Numbered from the stretch's first letter, positions 1 through 16,499 are shown. The stretch is DNA of 64,000 bases from Octopus bimaculoides (GCF_001194135.2 NC_068985.1:82123532-82187531); one strand, 5' to 3'. Notes: generated from the letters alone by a model not told the origin. Translations and numbers: made by a program.

Positions 1-40
<40 letters not shown>

Positions 41-622
41 CATTTATATATATACATATGTATATTCATACATATATGTATACTCACACACATACAAATA
101 TATATATATATATTCATACATGTATTCACATACACACATACATATACGTATACATAGAACTATACATATATATCTATACATACACTCACAATCTATCACC
201 AGTACATAAGCATATTTATATGTACATGCAAAATGGACAGGGAAAGACAAGAATTTAAACTGGAATTGGTTGTTTAGGAGAAAAAGGTATTGAAATATTT
301 CAGGAACACAATTTAGGAAAATATCATACTCCTAATATTATATTCCAAATAAAAGAAATATCATGAATGGGAAGAGAAAGAGAAAGAAAAATAGCTATCT
401 TTTAATAAATTGTGCCCAGAATTGATAACTTAATATATATTTTTTCCCTGGCTTTGTTGCTTCACTTTCAACACTTGAATCAATCACTCAAACACAACCA
501 CATATACAGTAACTGTTTTAAACACCATATGCACATACAATCTCTTATATGTATGCGTATGTGTGTATATGTATATACGTCTTTATACGCATACACACAT
601 ATATATGTAAATATATATCTAT

Positions 623-686
<64 letters not shown>

Positions 687-1444
687 ACACATATCCATTT
701 GTATACACATACACCCACATATATATATACATACACACACACACTTAAGGAATTATGAATTCTCAAAACTATATGGTGTCTAAAACCATACAAGCCATTT
801 ACCATTGAAGCACACAAGAGCATTGAAGAAGAAAAGTATCCATGATAATGAAAACTAATAACGATAACATTTTAATGTCAATGAATCTAATGATAATAAT
901 AATTATTATTATTTATAGTCTGGACAGACTATAGATGAAGAAAAGGTATACTTTATTAGTATAATTTCCTTTTAACTCATTTATGTACTTATATGCAAAA
1001 TATCTATGCTTACATTAACCATTTATGGAAATTCCAATATTACCATGATGATGGACAGAGAGAGAGAAATCAGTGCTATATTCAGGAATTTTCAAGGCAA
1101 AAATGTTTTAAATGCAATGCTTTCAAATTCCTAAAGTTAGCAATTAGGTTGTTGAGTTCTTCAGTGGGTCAGTAAGTATCCACAACCCAAGTTAACTACA
1201 GCCACAGTGCAGTGGAGTCACTGCATGAACTAGTAATAGAATTACCAACAAGTAGGACACCACACAGCTGTTAAAGAATGAGCACCAGAAAGAAAATTAG
1301 TTTGTTTTTCATTTAATTTTTTTTTCAATCATTCTTTAAAATTCTTAAGATGTTGGGAATAATAACAGCAGTAATAATATATTATCACAATAATAATTAT
1401 AATCGGCATTAGTATTACTTCTTTATATTGATAAAAAGTTAGGC

Positions 1445-1545
1445 AAGTAGAGTTAAGTGTCTTGCCCAAGAACACAACACAGTACGTGCAATAGAATATG
1501 AATGTCAAAAGCTCAGGAAATTCAGTACTCTATCTATCCAACCAT
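1445..1545 (-). mobile_element. Old tRNA-derived SINE fragment
   Basis: The reverse complement contains GTTGTGTTCTTGGGCAAGACACTTAACTC, a typical post-B-box SINE segment. Confidence 0.5.
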
Positions 1546-2429
1546 TGTGTCTCTATCTCTCAAAAAATAATGATAATGATTATTATCATTACATTTGTAG
1601 CAGTGATAATAATATTAAATTGTGATACAGTAAAGGAACTTTAAACATTTATGTTTGTGAACTAATTTAATTTTTCATAACAATTAAAGAGATAGATTAG
1701 TTAGGAAATTTTCTATTGAAAATAGTTACCATAGACAGTAGTTAACATGAAAAGACTTCCCAGATTTCTCACTCCAGCATGATAACAGTAATAGTAGCAA
1801 TAATATATACATAATTGTGCTTACTCAGATATGTATCCCTAAACACATTGAAATAAACTAGTATATATTTATATAAATATGCCAACACAAAACAGAGGCT
1901 TATACTTACACACACTCAAACATATGAAACTAACATACATATAGCCAATCACACACAAGTACTCATATGTAAATAGAAGTTATAAAAGCACACTTACAGA
2001 CATAGAGAATTGTAAAATAATAAAGTGCCCATTTTATATTTTTTATATAGAACCAAATCCCATTTGGAATTAAATTTAACAGCAAAATCCACAATGTGCC
2101 AAAATAATTATAAGAAAAAGAGAAATAAATAAAAGCTAAAAAAAAGAAATAATAATAATGGTAATGATGATATGTTAATGAATAAAATAAAAATTAAATT
2201 AAAAAGAACAAAGTTAAATATGAAAGTTATTCTTTAAAGTGGTTTATATATTATGTAGTGGGGGAGGAGGAGGAGGAGGTGAATGAAGAAATGTGGAGTA
2301 ATATATTGTGAAATTTACAACAGAGAAAAAGTTCACAGAATCACCTTTTTTGAAACGAGCACTTAATCAGATTTATATATACAAATGTGTATGCGTTAAT
2401 ATGTGCTTGTATGTGTGTGCATGTGTGTT

Positions 2430-2463
<34 letters not shown>

Positions 2464-3185
2464 AAACTAATATTTTGATCATTAATTATCTAAGACTTTC
2501 CCCATTTTCTCATAACAGTTAAATGCAAAGACATTTTTCTTCTTTTCTTTGGGTTAACTAAATAATGATCATTTTAGTTTGATAGTTTGGATTTGTTACA
2601 TTGTTGAAATATGTTAAACATGATTTTCATTCATGTTTTTTTTTTTTAATTCTCAATAAACTTTAATATCTTTTAAGATTTCATCTGTAAATTATTTTAT
2701 AAGAACAGAAAAAAGACAAAAAAAGTAAAAACATTTTCAAGACACAGACTGAATATACATATTTCATTTTCTGTATAATATTAATTGGTTGTCCACCCAT
2801 TTTGAAGCGTTGTACTCATTTACTTAAATACGCAAGGGGGGAAGTGTCTGTTTACAAATTCAGTGTTTTTATTTTTTGGTTAATGTTATCAATGCTGATA
2901 TACACACACATACATATTCAGCTACGGACGGAGATCTCAAATGTTTTTTTTTAATCCTTTTACAAACTTTTTCCTTCATTTTGGAAAAGGATAATAGATT
3001 AATGCTTCATTTCCAAGATTCACGAAAACAACCCAGTTAATGTGTGCTATACATACACACATACATACATATATATATATGTACATTCATATGCATATGT
3101 ATGTAAACATACATATATGTATGTTTACATACATATATGTATGTATACATACACACATATGTATATATATATATATATGTATGCA

Positions 3186-3257
<72 letters not shown>

Positions 3258-6200
3258 TAAATATATATGTATACATGCACACACAAACACATATATATGA
3301 AATTGTATGTGTATTTATACATATATACTTTAAAGTTGATTTATATAAAGCAAATATAGATATGTATGTATGTATTAACACATACGCACACACACGTTAG
3401 AGAATTTATAATAAAGAAAGAACTACTGTATGGACAAAATGCTGTTATACTTTCAATTTTTATCAATGATATATTGTTTGATGTATGTTAAGTTAGCCGG
3501 CTCAACAGAATTTAGATAATGTAAGCACAGCCTCAACACAAAGAAAGTTGTATGTTTAGTGAGAACTGTGTCTTTGATCATGTAGAGAAGCTAAACTTTT
3601 CTTATAATAAATTGTCTGTTTATAACAAAACCACCACAGCAAAGCACTTGATATCAGTAATAAGAATATTATCATCTCTCAAAAATAGAGACAGACAAAA
3701 TTCAACAGACTCTGTAAAATGATTGACAGTTGCAACCATTTAAAAAAAAAAAGAATCCATATAACTGGCCACTACTCGAGATCATGAGATCTATTTGATA
3801 TTCATAGTAAATAATGAATCAGAATCACAAATAATTGTTTAGTATCACTTATTACAGGTATCTTAATGTGAATAAATGAAAAACACATTCAAGATAAGAT
3901 TTGTAATGGGAGTTTGGTGTTACTTCATTTTTATCTTTAAATAAGGGATTATTTAGAAGGATATTGCAGAGCTTGCTATTGTCAGTAATATATATATATA
4001 TATATATANNNNNNNNNNNNNNNNNNNNNNNNNNNNNNNNNNNNNNNNNNNNNNNNNNNNNNNNNNNNNNNNNNNNNNNNNNNNNNNNNNNNNNNNNNNN
4101 NNNNNNNNNNNNNNNNNNNNNNNNNNNNNNNNNNNNNNNNNNNNNNNNNNNNNNNNNNNNNNNNNNNNNNNNNNNNNNNNNNNNNNNNNNNNNNNNNNNN
4201 NNNNNNNNNNNNNNNNNNNNNNNNNNNNNNNNNNNNNNNNNNNNNNNNNTATTGTGTGTGTGTATGTGTGTGTGTTTGTGTATGTAAATTATGTATTCAT
4301 TGTCTGCTTTACATTTTCATGCAAGCATTCTACATTGAATTATAATGGTAATGAGTGAAAAGAAATAGGAAAAATATCAAATGGAAAATAATATCAAGAG
4401 CAAATAAGTAGGGCCAACAGTGAAGACAATTATGATAAGAAAAGTAGATATATGGAGATACTAAGTATTTTACTCTGTGTTTGTTTAAGTTGGATTTGCA
4501 AGTATAGAGTAACACTTAACAATGTGTCACAATTTATATTTGTATATGATCAGGACAGCTCAAGCATTTATAAACCTGATGCAGCTATGTTTCGTAATGA
4601 AAACTGTTGCGTGTGTGTGTGTGTGTGTGTATACATGTGTCTCTCTGTTTGGGGTGTAGGTAGATGTTCATATATATGTACATGCATATGTGTGTATGTG
4701 TAAGAGTTGATATTAATGTTAATGTAAAAAGGAAAGTAAAAATCCTCAGCTGTATCATAAGAGAATAGCACCAGTTTCTCCTTTGATGGACAGCGGCCGG
4801 TAGAGGATAAGGAAGGAATATCTGGGATTGTTAGCGATTATCAGTATTTCAAATACTGCTGTCAGCAATATAGGAAATGTCTTGGAATAATTCATAGCAC
4901 CAATTGGTAAAATTTATCTCCTTTTTGATGTATTTCTCATGGAAGCACTTGCTATTATTATTATAATATCAGGTCTAACAAACATTGGTCTGACAGGTAT
5001 AACTAGTAATAAAGCATAAGCAATCATTTCAATACAAAAATATTAATTCCCATGGTCACGTTTTCCATATGGTTTCCAAATTTTTAATCTTTTTTTTTGA
5101 TAATTTTTCTTTTTATTTTCTTTTTATTTATTTTTTGAAATTTTATTTTGCAAATAGCATTAATGTAACCTGTGGATGGATCAACCTTCATATTGGCCGC
5201 CCCCTGTCGTCGCCTATGATGTATTTCTTATTGTCGCACAAGAGACAGTCTGAAGGTATTGACGGTTGGCAGGATGATGTCTTTAGCACTTTTCATTTTT
5301 TATATATATATACATATATATATATACATATGTATAGAGAGAGAGAGAGAAAGAGGGGAGAGAGATATAGATATAAATATAGATATAAAAAAGTTTGCAT
5401 CAACAAATAATCAAGTATAGTCATTAATTTTTAAAATTTGTCTTTAACATCCAGATACTAGTTGTGATGAAGGTAACTAAATAATAAACCTTACTCTTTT
5501 AAATAGCCATGTCAATCTGATTTCTTTTTTTTTTTTCTTAAATGGTCTCTTTATTCAGTAACTGGAAATTGTTCTATATTTGAGATAAAGTATACTTCTA
5601 ATGGAATGTTACATGTACTTCAAGATGACAAACAAGAAATACATTTTCAAAAATAACAGTGAAAATGAGACAAACCTTTTGGGAAGTGTGTATGTATAGT
5701 GTCTTTTGATTTTGGCACTAAGCTCAGTTATACTCAGCTTAATGTGACATTAAAACACACACAGAGTGAATTAAAATGTGATAATAAACTGCAAAATAAT
5801 AATTCATTTTTTCAAAAAATGTTCCTTATGACTTTATAGAAAATGCTTATGAATTGCATCATGTTTACCATTTACTTTTATGATTACATTAAAGTCATCA
5901 GTTTAACATTGGTAAACAGTTTCCTATGGAATTAAAATTCATTTTAGGCAAATACAAATTTGTATTTGTTATTCATATTCCGTTTTTGAGACTAACAAGC
6001 AGAGTAGGAACTAAAAATACAACAGCAAGAAATAAACCTTTTGCAAATTTATTTGTTATTTTTTCATAAAAAAAGTCAGTGACAAAAAAAAAAAAGGCTT
6101 AATAAGTTAGCAACATTTAATGAAATTGTCAATGAGGTTGAACTTTCAGACACACCATACAAAACCAAGTTTCTTCTCTTTTGGTCACGATGATATGTAG

Positions 6201-9200
6201 AAGAACAAACCACAGGAATCAACTAATGGATTCATTAGGATTGATTGCAATTGAACAACTCTTAAATGTCAATAATAAGCAGTATGACTTACAATCATTA
6301 GATAATTTAATTCTCATATAGCAGAATAATGTATGTTAGGGAACAAACTGACTCTCCTATATGACTAATTAGTAATTAGGTCAAAGTCTAGATACAGATA
6401 TAACACAATAATGTCTCCGTAAGCATTTATAACCTATCAAATTCAGACTCCAAAACTAGACATGAGTAAAATCAGATCCAATCCATGTTTTCATGGGTAG
6501 GAAGAGACGTCCTTTGATATTTGGAATGTCCTGAGATAAATATAATGGAGTGTGTATCACAAAAGTAAGAGAATGAAAGGCTTTTTTGTTTCTGAAATAT
6601 TTTGGGGGAATATTCACGGAGATCTCATCCTAAACTAGGAACAGGGGAGAACAACAGCCTAAAAATGTTTTGAAAATTTTTTATTTATATATATATAAAT
6701 CACATCAAGTCCCCTGTTCTCATGTAAATAAAATAAATTTTTTCCTGGAATTTAGATTCTACTTTAGTTTACTGGATTAGAATTTGAAAGAAAAAATGTA
6801 AAAAGTGTAATTCTTCATTTTGTGTCATGTCCAGTAACAAACAGTGACTTGAATACTATTTAGCCAAGAGAGAAATAAAACAGAAATACATTGGTAAGAA
6901 TTGATTTATAATTCATATTTGACATGTATGAAAATCTCTCTCATAACAATGCTATGTATACTTTTTAAATAATTCAGTGTATTAACATGAAATTCTACAA
7001 TTCTACCAATATTCTACAAGATTTTGTGGTATTGTTGGGGCTAAGAGCTGTGGAATTAAAACTCATCACACTTTGAATACCACCAATTTTGCTTTAAAAT
7101 CATGACAAATGTAGAAAGGCTGACAGTTTTAATTTCTGTTTTTAAACAGTCTATTCCAAATGTTCCCTCATTCTGCTCTTTATATAACATTTTCCAGTAC
7201 TGACCATTCTGAAATACTCTGATTTTTGACAACAATGATCACTAAAGCTATAAGATAAAAAGTAACTAAGAAAAGTTAATAATTATCAGAATTTTTAGGC
7301 TTACAATGCTAAACAAATAAATGAATATATAGTGACCTTAGACATATTACTTAACATATTACAAGCACGAAGAGAAATCAATGTTATATCACTGCTTATA
7401 CTATTGAGGGTGGAATACATTTTTCATACAAATAGATGATTATGATTGTGATTTTTTGATGTGAAGAGACTGGTGTACTATCAATATAATAATCTGGAAA
7501 TAAGGAAATAAAGTAATAAGGCCTAGAGAGCTGAAGAGTTCTTAGTCCAGCATCATATATTCCATGATTAATGGAAACCCTTCCTGCAACAGCTTTAACC
7601 TTCTCAGCCATTTTTTTTCCTTTCTTTTTGTGGAGGATGCAAATTAGCCAGCAAGATTTGAACTCCATGCTTTCAGGTTTCAAACTTTGGCACTGTTCAC
7701 TCTATTGTTGATTTCAAAGTAAATGGGATATCTACAATGAAATGACAATTAATGTGATCATTCCTTAAAACTGATCCCAGAGAGAAATAAAAAAAAACAT
7801 ACAGAGAATCCATTAAGAATGAATAGATCAAAAGTTAAAAAGAAAAGAACTACTATTAGCTAGTTAGACATAATAAATACAAGCCAGAGCCTGTGTTAAT
7901 CAAAACAAAGGAAAGGAAATGCAATAAATTAAGGTAATGACTGATAGAGTAAGGAAGTAAATCAATACCTTTCAGATTATTTTAGAATCTATTTCCATTA
8001 TTAAAAGGAGAAAAAATCTCAAACTTAACTTACAATAAAACAATTCAGAATTAAATTATTTTACTTATTCATTGCTGCCTAAGACTAGAGACTATATAAT
8101 TCAGTTTCTATTCTAAAGACCCTTTTCAATAGTGTATATTGACTATAATTCAAGGGAGAAGAATAGAAAGATAGGGATTTCTTAGAACAAACTATATAAT
8201 CAAGTCTGATTTTAGTGATGCTATAGCAATAAGGAATAATTTTTGTGAAGCTACTCTTTTACTGGTTCAAAACATTAGCCTCTGGCTATGCTGGGGTATC
8301 ACCATCTAAATATTTTTTTCTTTATTTTCAGTTAAGTGTGACAGTTAACAAGTCAATTCATTTAAAGTACTTTTGTATCACCACTCAATGAATATAGATT
8401 TTCAAGTGATTTATATTGTATATGCCTTGTCAATTCATATTAATTTTTAATTTAATTGAGAGATAACTCTTATTCAAGATAAATGAAAAATTTCATTGTT
8501 ATTTTGCATTTATGCATAACGTATTAAGTTGAGAATCTTTATATTTATTCATTCTACAACTCTGACAGAATCTTCTTTCTTTTTAGAGTATAATTAAAAT
8601 AGATTTCCTTGATGCTAAAGATGTTAATCTGGACAATTTTCTTGAACCCATTCCAGTTTCATTTTATTTAATGATTGATAGGGCTAGGCAGATTACATCA
8701 AGAGTAGGAAATAAATGTTTCTTAAACTAATATGAAAGTTAAAAACAAAATAACAGAAATCAGATTCACATTTACCAAAAGTGTAAGTTGTGCAGGAAAT
8801 TAAAAAATGATAGAATAAGGAGAGTGAAGAAAAAACAAAAACAAAAACAAAAACAAGCAGCAACTATTTTGAAATAAAAAATGTCTTACTGTGTAATGTC
8901 ACAGGCTTTGTAAAATTATTATCATAATTTCATTGGGGAATTTTTTTTGCTTTTGGCAATATCTTATTTTTCTTATACGAAAAAATAGAAACTCTCACAA
9001 GACTGTTTCATATATGATTATGTCATAGTTATAGTGGCTATCAGTGTCGTCATTGTCACCTGTTAATCACCATTACGAAGAATACTAATTCCCTCGTGCA
9101 CTGTAACTATGGCTAAATAGATGGTACATCATCTCTATAACCTGCAAATTTATCAATTTCATGATCGGATCAGTAAAACAAATCAACAATAACAAGCAAT

Positions 9201-9596
9201 GTAAAGGAAAAAAATTGTCTGCAGATCAGATGCAGAAAAAAAAAAGGAAACAAGTAATGCCATTCCTTTTCACTACTATCCAAATAATGAAACATGCACG
9301 ATTATCTCCAGGAGCTCTCCTTCATCCAAAGGTCAATTACCTTACAAGGCAGTCATTTGCAACCAACTGATCACAACTGATCAGAGCTCGAAACATGTCT
9401 AGGTGTATTTCTCAAGTGCACAACTCTCCTTCAGACCTGTCATGATACGAACTCAAGATTATCTTAACGATAAAGGCACTACGGTAGGACTAGCAGCAAT
9501 TTGGCCAATCCGTCTTCTCTGGCCAAAACTATTCAAAGGTGGACAAAATGGAAATCTCACTCTTCTGTGTATATATATACATATATATATACATAC

Positions 9597-9667
<71 letters not shown>

Positions 9668-11545
9668 CATGCATACATATATGTATCTATATACATACAC
9701 ATATATATATATATATTGAGACAAACATACACACACGTCTATATATATATATTCATTCAGATATACATATATATATTCTCATACACACATACATTTATAC
9801 ATATATAAACACATATATACATATTTATAACATATATATGTATGTGTACATATGTATATATTATATATATGTATATAAATATTAAATGTAAGTATGTATG
9901 CATGTGTAACACATATTTCAATATATTTTGTAAGCTTACTTATATATATCTATATGTTTACATGTGTGTATATGTGGATATATATATAAAATTACATATC
10001 ACATGCATACACACACATTACACATATATAAATATATACACACAAATATACACATCAATATATAATTAATTACATAAAAAAAATATTTTCACTTCTTATT
10101 TTTCACCTTTTCTTTTTTACGTATTTTTCTTCAAGGTTAATCAATCACTGATATATTTTCCCTAAAACCTAGGATACTTAGGTTAAGGGGAAAAATTTCC
10201 TTCGTCAAGTCACACAAGGACACAAATGATTTTTCTAAAAGGCCTTACATACAATTAATACATACTGACAAAAAAACAAACAAAAAAAAAAAAAACTTGA
10301 ACTGCTGTGGCTGCCAATATTTGAAACAAAGTAGCACTACACAGAATTACAATCACCATCTCACAATACTACATTGAAATTATATCAGTTATCACCAATC
10401 AATGAATATGTCTCCAACAGAATAGGACAGAGACAATACCGTAAGGATGCTATTATATGATAATTAACATGGGAAAAGAAAAACAATGAAAATCAACTTT
10501 GTCTTCAGCAATTGATCCACTGTAATATTTCCTATGATTTTACTTGTATTTATATCAGGATATAGACTAAAATTTGAGATAAGTTGTCATGTCACAAAGA
10601 GAAGAAAAATCAAACATTTCCAACATGGGCTCATTTAGTTTCTTCATTACAGAGCCCTATCTGATACATTAGATTTTTCCTTCTTCTTACATCACAATAA
10701 CATACTTCACTTCACTCAGTTCTTTTTTTTCTCTCTCTCTCTTTTAGCTTGTTTCTGATTATCTTCATTGAGAAATAGTTAGGGAAAAATATACTAAAAT
10801 ATTGGAAAAAATAAAAAACAAAAAAACGAATATATGAATATATAAGTTTNNNNNNNNNNNNNNNNNNNNNNNNNNNNNNNNNNNNNNNNNNNNNNNNNNN
10901 NNNNNNNNNNNNNNNNNNNNNNNNNNNNNNNNNNNNNNNNNNNNNNNNNNNNNNNNNNNNNNNNNNNNNNNNNNNNNNNNNNNNNNNNNNNNNNNNNNNN
11001 NNNNNNNNNNNNNNNNNNNNNNNNNNNNNNNNNNNNNNNNNNNNNNNNNNNNNNNNNNNNNNNNNNNNNATATATATATATATATATAATTTAATGACCA
11101 TGTAGCCACAGCAGCACAAGTAATTCAAATATTCAGAAATATATGTATATGTATAAAAAAATGTAATAGTAATAATAGAACAGTCGTTCACAAAAGACCT
11201 CTTAAAGCGCTCCCTTTTATGCCGTGCGGTGTTACCACTATAACTGGAGAGGGGGGCGGTCAGAATCATATATAATAATAAATACAGACCATGACCATTT
11301 ATACATACATATATACACATATATAAATAAATAAATATATATGTACACACACACTCAAACATACACAGACACACAGGTATAACAGCAATGTTGACTCCTA
11401 AAACATTGGTATTTTTCTTTATTTGTTGCTAAAAAATAATGTTAAGATTTTTAACTGTACAGTAGACAATAACTGCCAAAAACAAACTGTCTCCTAAACA
11501 AAGAGAGAAATATGTATATATATATATATATATATATACATATAT

Positions 11546-11590
<45 letters not shown>

Positions 11591-11591
11591 T

Positions 11592-11623
<32 letters not shown>

Positions 11624-13140
11624 GTGTAGTTAGAAGAAAGAAACCTAACAGTTATAAACAGATATATTTACATAATTTTTTTTTAATTAGTGTTATTTTT
11701 TTCATGTTTTTACCTAGAAACAAATATAGGAGGGATGGAAGGAAAAAAATGAAGTTTAATCATATTTACTAGTGTGTTTTTTTTTTCTTTTTGCATAAGT
11801 CAGGAAAAAATATTCTAAATACATTTTACAATCCAAAGACTTAGGGTAGGAAGACAGTTCTCGCATTCAACAGTCACTTTAAAAAAAAAAGGAGATTAAA
11901 AAATTTTAAACTGAACAAATTTCTTTGGTTTTATTGTCTTGGTGGGATAGAGATCGAAGGGGGACATCTTTTTATCTCAAAAATTTTGGGTGGTTGGGAT
12001 AGGTGGGATGTGCAATGGTATGAAATAATTATATATGTTCATCCTTTTACTTAAATTATATGCTATGTAAATTGAAGGGCAAGGTTTAGTTTTATGCATG
12101 TTTGTTTGCCTAGGTGGTGATGACTGATGGTGGTAGTAGTGTTGGAGAGAAGAGTATATCAAGGGTGGGTGGATGGGTGGTTTAATAATGAACACTAGCT
12201 AAAAAAAATAAATAAAAATAACCAGTGACAATATCAGCATACACATCACAAATTCAGACAAACATAAAAGAGTAAAAAATAATAGTAATAATAATAATAA
12301 TAAATATTGTATATTGTGGTGATCAAATTTTTCTTTCACTCACTAAAACACTACCAGCCAAGAGCTACAACTAGAACTACCAAAATTGTAAAACATTCAA
12401 CAAATTTTACTCACTAGAAGAGTATCAAGCTATGCTTGAAATATGTTGTCAATCTTGTTGTCTGCAGATGTGGGATGGGGATGGGTGGGTTTGTTGGTAG
12501 TGATAATGGTGGTGTTTGGAGGTTGGTGGGAAAATTGCAATATACAGCAGAAAAAAAATACACTTTCTGAAATAGTGATGAAATTCACAATTAATAATAC
12601 CCAGGGAATTTCAAATGTAAAAATATGTGACCATTGTGATTGAAGATTATTCATTCACAAAGACTGGTTCAACAAAGTCTTTTTTTTTTAAACAGGAAAA
12701 TTCCTCTTTTATTGGTTTGTGTGTTTGTATGTATGCATGTATGTATAGATATATTGTTGTATTTGTTCTGTTAAGAAGTATTGATGAAAATGCATATAAA
12801 ATGCAGCTCATTGACGATCAATTGCAGAGTGCTGAAAGTTCTTGTTTCAACAAAACATGTCAAAGTTTGCTTTAACAATATTACTGCACTCTTTAAGTTT
12901 AAGATTTCTTTCACCATTGCTTCCTTTTATGATTATTTACTATTTTCATTCATTTTTCTTTTTGTTTTACTTTCATTTTGAAAGCTTTTGGTCACTTTAT
13001 TGGAATAGGGGTAAACTTTGTTAAAAACATTTTCCTCAAAGTTTGATTATTAATATTTTTTTTTAATTTCTTGCATCTTTCTCTTTATTTTTTTTTTGGA
13101 AAATGACAGGATCTGTGATTATAAGACAGAGTTCTTTTGA

Positions 13141-13183
<43 letters not shown>

Positions 13184-14344
13184 TTTCATTTCCACTCTTA
13201 TTCATTTATTTATTTGATACTTTATAACTTGTCTTTTTTTTTTTATAACTTTTTAAAATATTGTCAGCAGTAATGTATAAACACATTGTCATTTCAAACT
13301 AGATTGACAAGACCACAACCAGGCAATATTTCACTGTAAAATAACTCAAGCGCATCACACAGTCATAAGAGATGAAATAAATTCAAAATAATGCATTGAA
13401 ACAGCACTGTATACTGAGGCAAATGTAGATGATAATAAAATTGGTGTATAAATAAAATGTAGCTAAAAGTATCAGCAGATAATATTCTAGCTACTAAAAG
13501 ATAACAGTTGCTAAGTCCTTGACTTTGAGTTCAATTCATTTACAGAGAATTGTAAATGAAAAGTAAAGCAAGGTTAGTTAGCCACATGATATAGATCAAC
13601 ATGCTTATTTGGTTTTGTATTTCTTAAATAACACTGAAAGTGACAGTGATAAGTACAATTTTTCTCCATAACTCAAAACTTGGTGTAATTTTTAAGATGG
13701 TTGAAAGAAATATCCATTTTAAGTAAGGGTTATTTATAAAAATAATTTGGAAAAAAGAAAAAAATAGTTCTGAAGAGTTTGCAATAATTTTTGCTTGCCT
13801 CTAAATTCCTCTAACTGAAATACCATACTTAGATGAAACATCACGCATTAAATGCGTAGGAGGAATATATGCATTCTATATATACATGTATATATATATA
13901 TATACATTGATGTATATTTTTGTATAGGAAATTAAACTTTCTCACTATTGTTACTCTGAGTTTCTTGCGAAAATGAATGGTCAATCAATCCATTCTTTAA
14001 TGAGAAATTCAGAATAATAATAGTGAAAAAATATATATTTCGGTCATATCAATATATACATATATATTGCCACAAATATTCAATACTCTTTTACTTCGTT
14101 TGAATATTCTACATCATATTCATTCCCTATACACATACATAATATATGTGTGTGTATGCGTGTGTTTATACATACATGCATTATGTCCAAAACATGTATG
14201 TATACATTTACAGGAGATTTATTAACTGGTCCTTTAAAGTCTGTCATTCCTCAGCTGTATTGCATAACCAATTTACTGCATGTATCTAGGTAAATCAGCA
14301 CATAAAATTTTCACTCTGTATATATACATGTATATATATATCTA

Positions 14345-14389
<45 letters not shown>

Positions 14390-15096
14390 NNNNNNNNNNN
14401 NNNNNNNNNNNNNNNNNNNNNNNNNNNNNNNNNNNNNNNNNNNNNNNNNNNNNNNNNNNNNNNNNNNNNNNNNNNNNNNNNNNNNNNNNNNNNNNNNNNN
14501 NNNNNNNNNNNNNNNNNNNNNNNNNNNNNNNNNNNNNNNNNNNNNNNNNNNNNNNNNNNNNNNNNNNNNNNNNNNNNNNNNNNNNNNNNNNNNNNNNNNN
14601 NNNNNNNNNNNNNNNNNNNNNNNNNNNNNNNNNNNNNNNNNNNNNNNNNNNNNNNNNNNNNNNNNNNNNNNNNNNNNNNNNNNNNNNNNNNNNNNNNNNN
14701 NNNNNNNNNNNNNNNNNNNNNNNNNNNNNNNNNNNNNNNNNNNNNNNNNNNNNNNNNNNNNNNNNNNNNNNNNNNNNNNNNNNNNNNNNNNNNNNNNNNN
14801 NNNNNNNNNNNNNNNNNNNNNNNNNNNNNNNNNNNNNNNNNNNNNNNNNNNNNNNNNNNNNNNNNNNNNNNNNNNNNNNNNNNNNNNNNNNNNNNNNNNN
14901 NNNNNNNNNNNNNNNNNNNNNNNNNNNNNNNNNNNNNNNNNNNNNNNNNNNNNNNNNNNNNNNNNNNNNNNNNNNNNNNNNNNNNNNNNNNNNNNNNNNN
15001 NNNNNNNNNNNNNNNNNNNNNNNNNNNNNNNNNNNNNNNNNNNNNNNNNNNNNNNNNNNNNNNNNNNNNNNNNNNNNNNNNNNNNNNNNNNNNNNN

Positions 15097-15128
<32 letters not shown>

Positions 15129-16499
15129 AAAAAAAACATCATAAAAATAAAGCAACCATAAAATGGCTCTACTAATACATGTAAAATGTCTAGAGGAAAT
15201 GAAACAAAATATGAAAAGTAGAACAATGGTTCACTAGAGTGATTGTCTTTTAATTACATACCAAACAAACATGAATATATATGCACTTGTCTATAAATTT
15301 TAAATAGAAATATTTAAAAAAAAGAAGTAGGTGCAAACCAACCTAAACAAAGAAAAACTGTCAGCAATGGAAATAGAGTTGGTGGAGGCATGGAGAAAAG
15401 CTTGTAAAAGAAATATTTTTTTAAAAATGCTATCTTCTCACCAACTCTTTCATGGACCAATACGTATACATTTTTCAGTGAAATTAACTTATGTATATAT
15501 AAATAGATGTTGGGGTGGGGACTAAAATAATTCAAGTGAAACATGACATAAAGATGATTTTAAACAAAAATGCAAAATGGAGCTAAAATAACAAAATACA
15601 GAGAAAGAAATAAAAAATATTGAAGAAAACAAAAAATTCATTAGAAAGTAAAAATTTTCTAGACATGTTACTTAAATGTTTTTGGGGATTATGATGCACA
15701 AAGGTCTATCTATCTATTTTTCTATCTATCTATCTATCTATCCTACATATCTTTATATATATATTATGAAATATATACACACACCACACACAGATACATA
15801 CATATAAATATATGTGTGTGCATATATATATATAAGTACACACACACATAACTTTACATATACACACACCCTCACACACACACACATATATATACATGCA
15901 TATATATATACATATATACATACACACATACATATATATACATACATATATATACATATATATGTATATACATACATATATATACACATATATATATATA
16001 CATATATATATATATACATATATATATATACATATATATATATATACATATATATACATATATATATATATACATATATATATATACATATATATACATA
16101 TATATATATATACATATATATATATACATATATANNNNNNNNNNNNNNNNNNNNNNNNNNNNNNNNNNNNNNNNNNNNNNNNNNNNNNNNNNNNNNNNNN
16201 NNNNNNNNNNNNNNNNNNNNNNNNNNNNNNNNNNNNNNNNNNNNNNNNNNNNNNNNNNNNNNNNNNNNNNNNNNNNNNNNNNNNNNNNNNNNNNNNNNNN
16301 NNNNNNNNNNNNNNNNNNNNNNNNNNNNNNNNNNNNNNNNNNNNNNNNNNNNNNNNNNNNNNNNNNNNNNNNNNNNNNNNNNNNNTATATATATACACAC
16401 ACATACATATGGTAAAGAGCACAACAATTTAGAATGAGCTATTTGCAATACTACAGTCAGTCAGAGCACTTGTGGCCGGAAATGTGGTGGTGGTTTTAT

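Noticed and set aside
7396-7683. 95-aa minus-strand ORF (MAEKVKAVAGRVSINHGIYDAG...)
   Set aside because: No recognisable domain and no convincing splice boundaries; consistent with a chance ORF.
9161-9560. Complex-looking stretch with short ORFs and a p53-like half-site (AAACATGTCT)
   Set aside because: The ORFs run into microsatellite and a single half-site is expected by chance; not enough support.
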